DNA of 64,000 nucleotides from the NCBI GenBank assembly GCA_963777605.1, contig CAVZRV010000013.1, positions 64,001 through 128,000 on the forward strand, in the 5' to 3' direction. This DNA comes from an uncultured Acidobacteriota bacterium (lineage in GTDB: Bacteria > Acidobacteriota > UBA6911 > RPQK01 > JAPXNP01). Position 1 is the first letter of the stretch, and every line of letters starts with the position of its first letter. Position numbers and translations under genes: made by a program. Shown here piece after piece: positions 27,431-36,541 of the stretch. A model generated the notes under the pieces. It did not search any database. It was not told the origin of the DNA and saw nothing but the letters and a program-made list of their open reading frames with translations.

Positions 27431-27475
27431 ACGGGCGCGGAGGTTCCCCTCATGAGGGACGAGCCTCGCGCCCGT
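27431..27475. terminator. GC-rich hairpin between convergent genes
   Basis: ACGGGCGCGGAGGTTCCCCTC-AT-GAGGGACGAGCCTCGCGCCCGT imperfect stem. Confidence 0.45.
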
Positions 27476-27569
27476 AACTCTGTTTGCTCGCCTTTGGTGA
27501 TGAAGCCGGGCGGTTCGTGTTGTTGTGGGCTCTTCGCCGCCGGTTGGACCACAGGATTCGGAGCGTCCG

Positions 27570-28262
27570 TCAATTCTCCTGGTTCGGATACCAGTCGAGG
27601 AGCTTCACCTCGATCCCCTCATCGACCTCTTCCCGGAATATTTCGAGGTCGGAACCCCGGTAGTGGTAGGGGATAACGACCCTGGGCCTGAAGGTGTTGA
27701 CGCAGGCCGCCGCCTCGTCCGGAGGCATGGTGTAGGGGACGTTCATGCAGACCATGGCAACGTCGATGTCGCGGACCGCCTTCATCTCAGGCGTGCACGC
27801 CGTGTCGCCGGAGATGTAGATACGCTGGTCACCAAGACTCAGAATGTACCCATTGCCCCTTCCTTTTTCGTGGTAGACCCTCCCGGCCGAGGGGCCGCGT
27901 TTCAGGTTGTACATGGGAATCGCCTCGAGGTGAATCCCGAGGACGTCCATGCTTTCTCCGTTCTTGAGAACACGGGCCTGCGAGACCTGCTGCTGGACAG
28001 CGAGAGGCGCCACGATAATCGTGTCGTCCCGGCTCAGGGCCTCGATCTCGCCGAGGTCGAGGTGATCGCCGTGGATGTCCGTCAGCAGGATCAGGTCGGC
28101 CTTGGGCTGCCCGGTGTAGTCTCCCTGGCTCCACGGATCGACGTGAATGACTTTCCCGTCCCACTTTATGACAAACGATGCGTGGACGATCGGAGTGATC
28201 TCGACCGGACCGGAAGTGAAGGAAGCTCCAAGCGAAAGAATGAGGGGAATCGTTAGCAGCAT
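27570..28262 (-). CDS. Secreted MBL-fold metallo-hydrolase
   Basis: HASF, VDPW, variant metal motif TDIHGDHLD, YISGDT, IPYHY. Confidence 0.88.
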   Translation of the reverse strand: MLLTIPLILSLGASFTSGPVEITPIVHASFVIKWDGKVIHVDPWSQGDYTGQPKADLILLTDIHGDHLDLGEIEALSRDDTIIVAPLAVQQQVSQARVLKNGESMDVLGIHLEAIPMYNLKRGPSAGRVYHEKGRGNGYILSLGDQRIYISGDTACTPEMKAVRDIDVAMVCMNVPYTMPPDEAAACVNTFRPRVVIPYHYRGSDLEIFREEVDEGIEVKLLDWYPNQEN

Positions 28263-28373
28263 AGGTGCACCTCGCTAGTGATTGGTGTCAGAGTATAACG
28301 CCCGCCAGGCTGATTCTCCAATTGGGAGGAGGGTCGGACGGGTCAGACCTGTCTGACGGAGAGTTTTGGTATA

Positions 28374-30581
28374 TCAGCGAAACAGCGTGCCCAGTGAGAA
28401 GTAGAGCCGGAAACGGGACGACTCTCCCCAACTTCCCCCGATGAAGAGCGGTCCGACGATGGAATCCAGGACGATCCCAGCCGAGCCGACATGACGGTAG
28501 TCGGGCTTTTGGTGGCGGTCGAACGCTGAGCCGACTTCATACCAGGTTCCAATGTAGGTTGCTCCTCCGAAAAAGAGGGAGTTGTCCACGACGCGGTGAA
28601 GAACGCCGGTTGATCCGTATACGACTCTGGAGGCCCGAAACTGGTCGATCTCGTATGCCCCGAGGTTGAGAGGGCCACCCAGTGTGAAATCGAGATACAG
28701 GGGAGGGTCCGTATTGGCGGTGGCTCCACCTGAGACCCTGCTGAAGAGAGTGTCCCGCCTGGTAGCGGGGAAGAAGATCTGGGCTCGGCCCGACCATTGA
28801 TCGAGATTTCGCGCGATGCCCGGGCCGGCGAAGTATCGGGTCCACGTCAGATCCACAGCCACGCCGGAACTCGGAATCACCGCGTCATTCAACCGGTTGA
28901 GTTTCCACTGCACGCGTGCGGACGTTACATTGCCGTCGAGTCTCGGGAGACCGGGGGGGCCGACCCTGGGGCGCCCCGAAAAGTCGGTGATGGCATAACC
29001 GATTCTCAGTTCCTGACTGGACTGTTGAAACCCGTAGCCTAGATCCAGTCCGAAGCCCGCCTTGCGTTGAAGGTACTCCGCGGATCTCGTGTCTCCTTCG
29101 AAAAGGTATATCGTTTCCCGAGAACCGGTGCCCCGGGGGGCAACGAACCACCCCTTCCAGACTGGAACGTAGTACTCGACGGCCGCGAAATTGGGGGCGC
29201 CGACGCCCAGATCGATGCGGGTCTCCGATGATTGAAAACCCCAGTCCATGGCCGTGAGCCGAGTCCTCAGCCCGAAACGAACGGCGTCGATGTCGGATCC
29301 GTTGATGAAGAGCCCAAAACGCACGAATGGAGGTCCGTGGGAGGCCGGTTGAACGATTACGTCCAGGACCTTCTTTCCATCGACCTCGTCTACCTGGTAT
29401 CCGACCGAGTCGAACTTGTTGATCGAGTAGATTTGAGTCAGACGGGACTCCAGTTGATCGGGTCTCAACGGCCCGGGCACCTGGTCTTCGAGTTGTTGCC
29501 GGATCGTTTTCGACATTTGCTCGCCGACGCCCGCAACGGTGAGTCCGGCGACGTCGGGAAGACGGGTTCGGCGGCGGCCCAGGCGAGATCGGATGTGCTC
29601 CTCCCATTCGGACGGGGAAACTGAGAGTGTGGACAAGAACCGGCGTTTGGATTCCACCGCCGAATATCCTCTTTCGGCAATCTCGGATGTGTCGCCAAAA
29701 TCGAGGGTGAAGATGCCCTCGAGGTCGGGCGAAATGATCAGGTCGGCCTGCCGGATGATTCGACGGACGTTGTTGATCATCATGATCGAAATGGTCTGAT
29801 CCGCAACGCCGAGTATCGACGACAGTTCATCGGCGCTTCGCAACGGCGAGCCCACGTCAACGGCAATTACCACATCAGCTCCCAGCCTGCGGGCAACGTC
29901 GGCCGGGACATTATTCAGGATGCCGCCGTCCACGTAAAGATGCCCCCGGACCTGTGTCGGGGTGAAGACTCCGGGGATGGCCATTGTTGCCCGAAGCGCC
30001 TCCCAGAGTTGCCCGTCCGAGAAAACCTTCTCGCGGCCGCTTTCCAGGTCAACCGCCACACAGCGAAACGGGATGGGGAGCTCGTCGAAACTCTGAAGAC
30101 TCCCGTAGGGGACACTGAGGCGCTGCAGGAGCAGATCGATGAAGTGGCCGGGGTTGAGCCCGCTGGGGACGGACAGGCCATTCCGGAGTCCCACTTCAAA
30201 CCCGACCGGGTAGTCGGAGGCGTCCTCCTTCCGGCGAAACGCCATTTCACGATAAGGGGGCGAGCCGGCAAGGACCTTGGTCCAGTCAATGCTGCCGACC
30301 AGAGTGTCGAGTTCTTCGCTGGAATAGCCCATCGAATACACGCCTCCGATGAGCCCGCCCAAGCTGGTCCCGACGACCATGTCAACCGGGATGCGGTGTT
30401 CCTCGAACCAGCGGATGACGCCAAGGTGGGCAATGCCGCGGGCGCCGCCGCCTCCGAGGACGAGGGCGACCTTTTCGCGGGCGAGAAGAGTCGGGCCCAG
30501 GATAACCGAAAGGCCCGCCAGGAGCACGATGAGTCCGGCAGCAGACCAGTTCGACTGAAAGTGCTTTTTCGCTTCAAACAT
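28374..30581 (-). CDS. Patatin-like phospholipase fused to POTRA/BamA-type barrel (PlpD, type Vd secretion-like)
   Basis: LGGGGARG, GTSLG, DGG patatin motifs; C-terminal beta-strands ending YFSLGTLF. Confidence 0.88.
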   Translation of the reverse strand: MFEAKKHFQSNWSAAGLIVLLAGLSVILGPTLLAREKVALVLGGGGARGIAHLGVIRWFEEHRIPVDMVVGTSLGGLIGGVYSMGYSSEELDTLVGSIDWTKVLAGSPPYREMAFRRKEDASDYPVGFEVGLRNGLSVPSGLNPGHFIDLLLQRLSVPYGSLQSFDELPIPFRCVAVDLESGREKVFSDGQLWEALRATMAIPGVFTPTQVRGHLYVDGGILNNVPADVARRLGADVVIAVDVGSPLRSADELSSILGVADQTISIMMINNVRRIIRQADLIISPDLEGIFTLDFGDTSEIAERGYSAVESKRRFLSTLSVSPSEWEEHIRSRLGRRRTRLPDVAGLTVAGVGEQMSKTIRQQLEDQVPGPLRPDQLESRLTQIYSINKFDSVGYQVDEVDGKKVLDVIVQPASHGPPFVRFGLFINGSDIDAVRFGLRTRLTAMDWGFQSSETRIDLGVGAPNFAAVEYYVPVWKGWFVAPRGTGSRETIYLFEGDTRSAEYLQRKAGFGLDLGYGFQQSSQELRIGYAITDFSGRPRVGPPGLPRLDGNVTSARVQWKLNRLNDAVIPSSGVAVDLTWTRYFAGPGIARNLDQWSGRAQIFFPATRRDTLFSRVSGGATANTDPPLYLDFTLGGPLNLGAYEIDQFRASRVVYGSTGVLHRVVDNSLFFGGATYIGTWYEVGSAFDRHQKPDYRHVGSAGIVLDSIVGPLFIGGSWGESSRFRLYFSLGTLFR

Positions 30582-30603
30582 GGGCGCGACCCGCCGGACA
30601 ATT

Positions 30604-31623
30604 CTATCGAATGGACGGTGCGTGCTGGGCCAGGGTGCGATCGATCGCTGCGATCTCCTCTTGATTGAGTTCCAGATCGCCCGCGGCGGCGTTGGCAATC
30701 GCCTGTTCGCTACTTCGGGCTCCCACCAGAGCATGCGTCACGCCCGGCTGGGCCAAGGTCCAGGCGATTACGAGCTGGGCCAGGGAAACGTTCCGATCCC
30801 CGGCAATCGGACGGAGTTCGTCGAGCATCGCATCCACACGCCGGAGATTATCCGGGCTGAAACGGGGGTGGGATCGACGAAGGTCTCCCTCTCCGAATTC
30901 GCGATCGGCGCCGATCTTCCCGGTCAGAAGCCCGTTGGCCAGCGGAGAGTACGCCAGAAAGGAAATCTTCCGCTTCCGGCAAAAGGGGAGGTTGGAGGAC
31001 TCGAGTTTTCGGTCGAGCATGCTGTACTGTTCCTGGTCCGAGTCAACGGCTCCGCGAGCCAGGTACTTCTGCATGTGGTCCACGGTCGCGTTGCTGACTC
31101 CGATGGCCCGGATTTTGCCCTCGGCACGAAGTGTCTCGAGGGCGGCCATGGTGTCTTCAATGGCCGTGGTGGTTTCCTGCCAGTGAGTCTGGTACAGGTC
31201 GATAGTTTCGACGTTGAGGCGGCGCAGGCTGGCTTCAATCTCTTCCCGGATCGAGTCGGGACCGAGGAAGCGATACACCTGGTAGGGGGCTTCCGACGAG
31301 TCTTCGAGGCCTTTCTCATTGGAACTGAAATAAAAGCTTCCCTGGCGTGGTTCAGAGCCTTCCCATCGCAGTCCGCACTTGGTGGCCAGGACGACCTCCT
31401 GGCGCCGGCCCACAATTGCCCTGCCGACGACTTCCTCCGAATGTCCGAACCCGTAAATGGCGGCCGTGTCGATGAAGTTGACTCCCTGGTCGATCGCCGT
31501 CTGGATTGTACGGATGGAATTCGAGTCATCCTGCCCGCCCCACATCCAGCCCCCGATAGCCCACGCTCCGAGGGCTACTCTCGATGCCTGGATGCCGGTC
31601 TTTCCAATTTCACTGTACTGCAT
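30604..31623 (-). CDS. Aldo/keto reductase
   Basis: GAWAIGG, DTAAIYGFG, LATKCG, IDLYQTHW, AYSPLANG. Confidence 0.93.
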   Translation of the reverse strand: MQYSEIGKTGIQASRVALGAWAIGGWMWGGQDDSNSIRTIQTAIDQGVNFIDTAAIYGFGHSEEVVGRAIVGRRQEVVLATKCGLRWEGSEPRQGSFYFSSNEKGLEDSSEAPYQVYRFLGPDSIREEIEASLRRLNVETIDLYQTHWQETTTAIEDTMAALETLRAEGKIRAIGVSNATVDHMQKYLARGAVDSDQEQYSMLDRKLESSNLPFCRKRKISFLAYSPLANGLLTGKIGADREFGEGDLRRSHPRFSPDNLRRVDAMLDELRPIAGDRNVSLAQLVIAWTLAQPGVTHALVGARSSEQAIANAAAGDLELNQEEIAAIDRTLAQHAPSIR

Positions 31624-31649
31624 TCACACCCTCCCCCTGATCGAGTTTT

Positions 31650-32595
31650 TCAGGCAAAGACGACTTTCTTGACGACGGCCTTGGTCCAATTCACGGCCTG
31701 CCAGTCTTCTTTCTTGACTGCTTCGGCCTCGGTGGGGCCTTCGCCGCGGGAATGACGGATTCCCGACTCGATTCCCCAGAACCCCGTGTAACCGGCAGCC
31801 TTGGAGACGGACAGCATTTCGGCAAGATCGTACTGAGGATGGGTTCCATCGGGAAGCCATCCGGCCTTCACCGAGACTCCCTTGGCGAAGACCATTGCCT
31901 TCTTGAGGGCCGCCTTGATGTCGCTATCGGGGAGATAGTTGCCGTAATCGGGCAAGATTCCGAAATTCGGATTGTTGAGTTTGGCGGCCAGACCGGGCAA
32001 AAAGTCAGGCTCCGAAGAGATTCCGCCATGGTTTTCGATCATGATGTTGATCTTGAATTCCCTGGCGTAATCGAGCAGCGCGGAGAAAGCCTCGGCCGCC
32101 CGGTTGATGGCGTCGGGGTCTTCGGCCATCGATGCCCCGGCACCTCGCGCATTGCATCGGATTGCGTGGCAGCCCAGATAGTTTGCCACTTCCACCCATT
32201 TCCGGTGGTTGATGACAGCCTGTTTCCGTACCGCTGGGTCCCGGGAAACCATGTCGCCCTCGTTGTCGACCATGATCAGGACATTCCTGATACCGTAGTC
32301 TTTCGAAGCCTTGTTGAGCCGATCGAGATACCCTGCGACTGGTGCTTCAAAGAAGGCGGTAACGTATTCGACACCATCCAGGCCGAAATCCTCGCGGCAA
32401 ATCCGGTGAATATCTGTAAGTTTCCAGATGCCGGCGCGGAAGCTGCGCACCAGAGACCAGGTGGCCAGAGAGATTTTGTTTTCGGTCGGCCGTGGATAAG
32501 CCCACTGCGCCGGCCGTCACGCTGGGCGCGATACCTGCTGCGATCCCGGCTAATGTTGTGTTGCGGAGAAAACTGCGACGGTTGAATGAGTTCAC
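31650..32595 (-). CDS. Tat-exported sugar phosphate isomerase/epimerase (xylose isomerase-like TIM barrel), +1 frameshift at ~32485
   Basis: NRRSFL Tat signal in ORF 32347-32640 joins KISLATWSL.. and then IENHGG, LPDYGN, GIE in ORF 31650-32450. Confidence 0.85.
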
Positions 32596-32708
32596 GATGC
32601 CCCCTCTTTCTTGGTGGTTGGAGGACAAACCTCCTCCCATCTTGTCTCGACTTGGCTATGCTACCACTCGGACCAGTCTGAGCTAAATGTTAGGATTGCC
32701 CGAATTCT

Positions 32709-34829
32709 ATGGACATTGTTCTGGCTCTCAGCCTATTGCTGGCAACAGGGTTCGGCGTCGCCCGACTCGTGAAACTGGTCCGCCTTCCGGCTGTCACCGG
32801 CTATATCATCGCGGGACTCGCCCTCGGGCCTTCAGGATTCGGAATCATCGGGCCCGAGTTGAGTGAGAGCCGGTTGGTGGTTTTCACCAACATTGCGATG
32901 ATGTTGGTTGCGTTCGGAATCGGGGAACGCTTTGACCTCCAGCAATTGCAGCGCTGCAGGGCGGCGTTGGTTAGAGTCAGTGCCGGGGAGTGCGGCTTGA
33001 CTTTTCTGCTGGTGTTGGTTGGCGTAACCCTCTCCGCTTTTCTCCTGGGAGAGGGAGGAGCCGACGGTGACCTGGGATGGTGGCTGGCCCTCGGACTGAT
33101 AGCGGCTTCGATCGCGGTCGCGACCGCTCCCGCTTCCACGGTCGCAGTTTTGAGGGAAATCGAGGCCTCGGGACCGATATCGCGTCTGGTGCTGTCCAAT
33201 GTTGTGGTCAACAACGCAGTCAGCGTCACCCTGTTCGGGGTTGCCCTGACGGCCGGGGCGGTCCTGCTCGAAACCCACACGTCGCCCGGCTTGGCAGGTC
33301 TCCTGCTTCCGCTGGGGAAGACACTGAGTTCCCTGGTCCTGGGAATGCTCGTGGGCTGGCTGATTGACCTGATCGTCCACCGTCTGGTCCGCCGCGACGA
33401 CGTGCTGATTGTCGCTCTGGCGGCGGTCTTCTTTTGCGGAGGACTCGCGAGTTTCCTGGGCCTGTCTTCTTTGCTGGCTGGCGTTTCGGCCGGGTTTGCA
33501 GTGGTCAACCGGGATCGGCGCGACGTCCGTGCCTTCCGGGCACTCAACGATTTTGAGCCCCCGATCTATGGGATTTTCTTCGCCCTTGCCGGGGCCCAGC
33601 TTCACCTGGCCGAAATGGCCTCGTCCGGGATTCTGGCGGCTGTCTACATCGCCTGCAGGTCGGGAGGAAAGTACCTCGGGGCCTGGTGGGGGGCGCGGGC
33701 GGCCGGGCTCGAGCCATTGCGCGCGCGTTCCATCGGCCTCGGCCTGCTGCCCCAGGCTGGACTGGCGATCGCTCTGGCCTACATCATTCGTCAGGAGCCG
33801 ACCATGGTCCCGATCCGGTCGGTGCTGCTCAACATCGTCATTGCCAGCGTCGTAATCAACGAGCTGGTTGGACCTCCCCTCGTCGCGGTGATGGCCTGGC
33901 GGGTTGGAGAGGTTCCCCAAGCCGTTCAATCGGTGGTTCCGTCGCGATCGGTCCAGGTTTCTCAGGTTCAGGCCTGGGAGGGCCCCCGCCTGGTTCCGAC
34001 CGAGCGGCAAGAGGGATATGTCCTCTTCGGCCTGTCGCATCCCGGCCGGGCTGTGGCGATGACCCGGGTTGCGACGCTACTGAGCCACCAATTTCAGGCA
34101 AAGCCGCTGGCGGTACGAATCATTGCGGGAGAGCACCAGGGTGATTTCTGGGAAGCCAAGACCGACCAGGAGACGCTCGGCCTGTTCCAACTGGCACGGC
34201 GTGAAGCGCAGGCACTCGGGTATTCGCTGGACACCTATTCCGAGTTCGCGCATGAAACTGCGGAGGGAATTGTGCGGGCTGCGGATTCGGTCGATGCGAG
34301 GGCAATCATCCTGGGACATCCCCTGGCGAGGCGAGCTCCCGAGTTTGCCAGGATCGTGGATGCGGTGGCCCGGGATGCCGTGTGTCCCGTCGTGATTGCC
34401 AAAATTACTTCCGACGTAAACCTGAAGAGCGTCCTGGTACCGATCAGCGCAATGGCCGAGATTCCATCCGTGGTGCCGATCGTGATGTCGCTGAAGCTGG
34501 TGAGTGGAAGCCAGATCCGCTTTCTCCGGCTCATGCCGCATGAGGCGTCGAGCGGGGAACTGGACCAGCGCGCCGAGCAACTAAGAGATGCCTTGCCCGA
34601 CTTTCTGAAAGATTCGAGGTGCGATGCGACTGCAACCGAATCGAGAGTTCACCGGATCTTGGAAGCATCGGGAAATCACGATATTGTCGTGATGAGCGCC
34701 AGTGACCAGCGTGGCTTGCGACGGGTTTTCTTCGGGTCTCTGGCGGAAGATGTCGCATTGAGAATCGAGCGGCCAATGCTGCTGGTTCGTGGAGGCATGG
34801 AGTGGCGTGCACTAACTGGTTGGAGTTGA
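32709..34829 (+). CDS. Cation:proton antiporter (CPA2/Kef-like) with two C-terminal universal stress protein domains
   Basis: About 12 TM segments, LPAVTGY, ATAPAST, PQAGLAI; USP motifs DAVCPVVIAK and FFGSLAEDV..PMLLVR. Confidence 0.88.
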   Translation: MDIVLALSLLLATGFGVARLVKLVRLPAVTGYIIAGLALGPSGFGIIGPELSESRLVVFTNIAMMLVAFGIGERFDLQQLQRCRAALVRVSAGECGLTFLLVLVGVTLSAFLLGEGGADGDLGWWLALGLIAASIAVATAPASTVAVLREIEASGPISRLVLSNVVVNNAVSVTLFGVALTAGAVLLETHTSPGLAGLLLPLGKTLSSLVLGMLVGWLIDLIVHRLVRRDDVLIVALAAVFFCGGLASFLGLSSLLAGVSAGFAVVNRDRRDVRAFRALNDFEPPIYGIFFALAGAQLHLAEMASSGILAAVYIACRSGGKYLGAWWGARAAGLEPLRARSIGLGLLPQAGLAIALAYIIRQEPTMVPIRSVLLNIVIASVVINELVGPPLVAVMAWRVGEVPQAVQSVVPSRSVQVSQVQAWEGPRLVPTERQEGYVLFGLSHPGRAVAMTRVATLLSHQFQAKPLAVRIIAGEHQGDFWEAKTDQETLGLFQLARREAQALGYSLDTYSEFAHETAEGIVRAADSVDARAIILGHPLARRAPEFARIVDAVARDAVCPVVIAKITSDVNLKSVLVPISAMAEIPSVVPIVMSLKLVSGSQIRFLRLMPHEASSGELDQRAEQLRDALPDFLKDSRCDATATESRVHRILEASGNHDIVVMSASDQRGLRRVFFGSLAEDVALRIERPMLLVRGGMEWRALTGWS

Positions 34830-34896
34830 GGATTGGCCCTGCCGGTTCCTCCTGGGGATGCCGAGTGGGTTCTGGAGTGTAAGGGAGGAGAGATAG

Positions 34897-36541
34897 ATGA
34901 GTGACAATGCTTCGAAGTTGAGCCGCCGTGGATTTATTGCTGTCTCCTCGAGCGGGGTCCTGGTTGCGGGCCTGAGCGGGTGTGTAACGGTTGACCAGGA
35001 AACCGGATCCGAATCGGGAGGCGGGCAGTCCGACCGTTTTCAACTTAACGAACTATCGATTGCCGATCTCCACAAGGCGATGGACGAGGGAAGCCTGACC
35101 AGTCACGAGATCACCCGGCTATACCTGGACCGGATTGAGAAGATGGACCGGCGAGGGCCTGCCCTGCGGGCCGTCATCGAGGTGAATCCGGAGGCTCTCG
35201 AGATTGCTCAGAAGCTTGACAAGGAACGTAAGGACGGAAAGAAGCGGGGGCCGCTTCACGGCATTCCGGTCGTCCTCAAGGACAACATCGATACCGCCGA
35301 TCGAATGACGACGACAGCCGGTTCGCTCGCCCTTGAGGGGTCGATCCCGGCCCAGGATTCGTTTGTGGCCGCCCAACTCAGAAAGGCGGGCGCGATTCTG
35401 CTCGCCAAGGCCAATCTCAGCGAATGGGCGAACTTTCGATCCGACTACTCTTCGAGCGGCTGGAGCGGTCGGGGAGGGCAATGTCGCAACCCCTACGCCC
35501 TCGACCGAAATCCATGCGGTTCTAGTTCTGGGTCGGCGGTGGCGGCTTCGGCCAATCTTTGTGCTGGAGCCATCGGCACTGAAACCAACGGCTCGATCGT
35601 GTGTCCCTCCAATGCCAACGGGGTCGTCGGGCTGAAGCCGACCGTCGGCCTGGTGAGCCGGTCCGGCATTATTCCCATTTCGCACACCCAGGATACGGCC
35701 GGCCCGATTACCCGAACCGTGGCGGATGCCGCCACGATTCTGAGTGCCCTGGTCAGGGACCGACCCGCACGATCCGGCGACGGCCGCCAGCGAAGGCCAC
35801 TTCCAGCAGGACTACACTACCGCCCTCAAACGGGGAAGCCTGAAAGGTGCGCGAGTTGGGGTGGTTCGGCAGTACCTGGGATTCCTCCCCGCCGTTGACC
35901 GGCTCATGGAGGATGCGATGCGGGTCATGAAGGAACTCGGTGCCGAGATCGTCGATCCTGCCGACATCCCGACCAACCGCCAGTTCGGCCGACCGAGCTT
36001 CCAGGTTCTCCTGTATGAGTTCAAAGCCGACCTCAACGCCTATCTGGCCGGATTGGGAGAGAAGGCCCCGGTCCACAGCCTGGCGGAGTTGATTCAGTTC
36101 AACAACGAGCACGCAGACGAAGAGATGCCCTTTTTCGGCCAGGAACTCTTGATCCAGGCCGAGGCGAAAGGTGACCTGGCCAGCAAGGAGTATCTGGACG
36201 CCGTGGAGGCGGCCAAGCGCCTGGCGGGACCCGAGGGGATTGACAAGGTCATGGACGACAACAAACTCGACGTGCTGGTGGCGCCGACGGGTGGACCTGC
36301 CTGGAAGACCGATCACATCACAGGGGACCATTTCCTGGGCGGGAGCTCGGGTCCGGCCGCGGTAGCGGGATACCCGAACCTATCAGTCCCTGCCGGCTTC
36401 GTCAGCGGGTTGCCGATCGGGATCTCGTTCTTTGGCCGGGCCTGGAGCGAAGCGAAACTGATCGGGTATGCCTATGACTTTGAGCAGGAGACGAAACTTC
36501 GCCTCCCGCCCCAGTTCATCCCTTCCCTGGAAACCGTGTAG
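34897..36541 (+). CDS. Amidase signature family enzyme, predicted Tat lipoprotein; +1 frameshift at ~35755
   Basis: SRRGFI and LSGC lipobox; GPLHGIPVVLKDN; GSSSGS; GTETNGSI; C-terminal half (AVAGYP, GLPIGISF) is in ORF 35744-36541. Confidence 0.9.
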
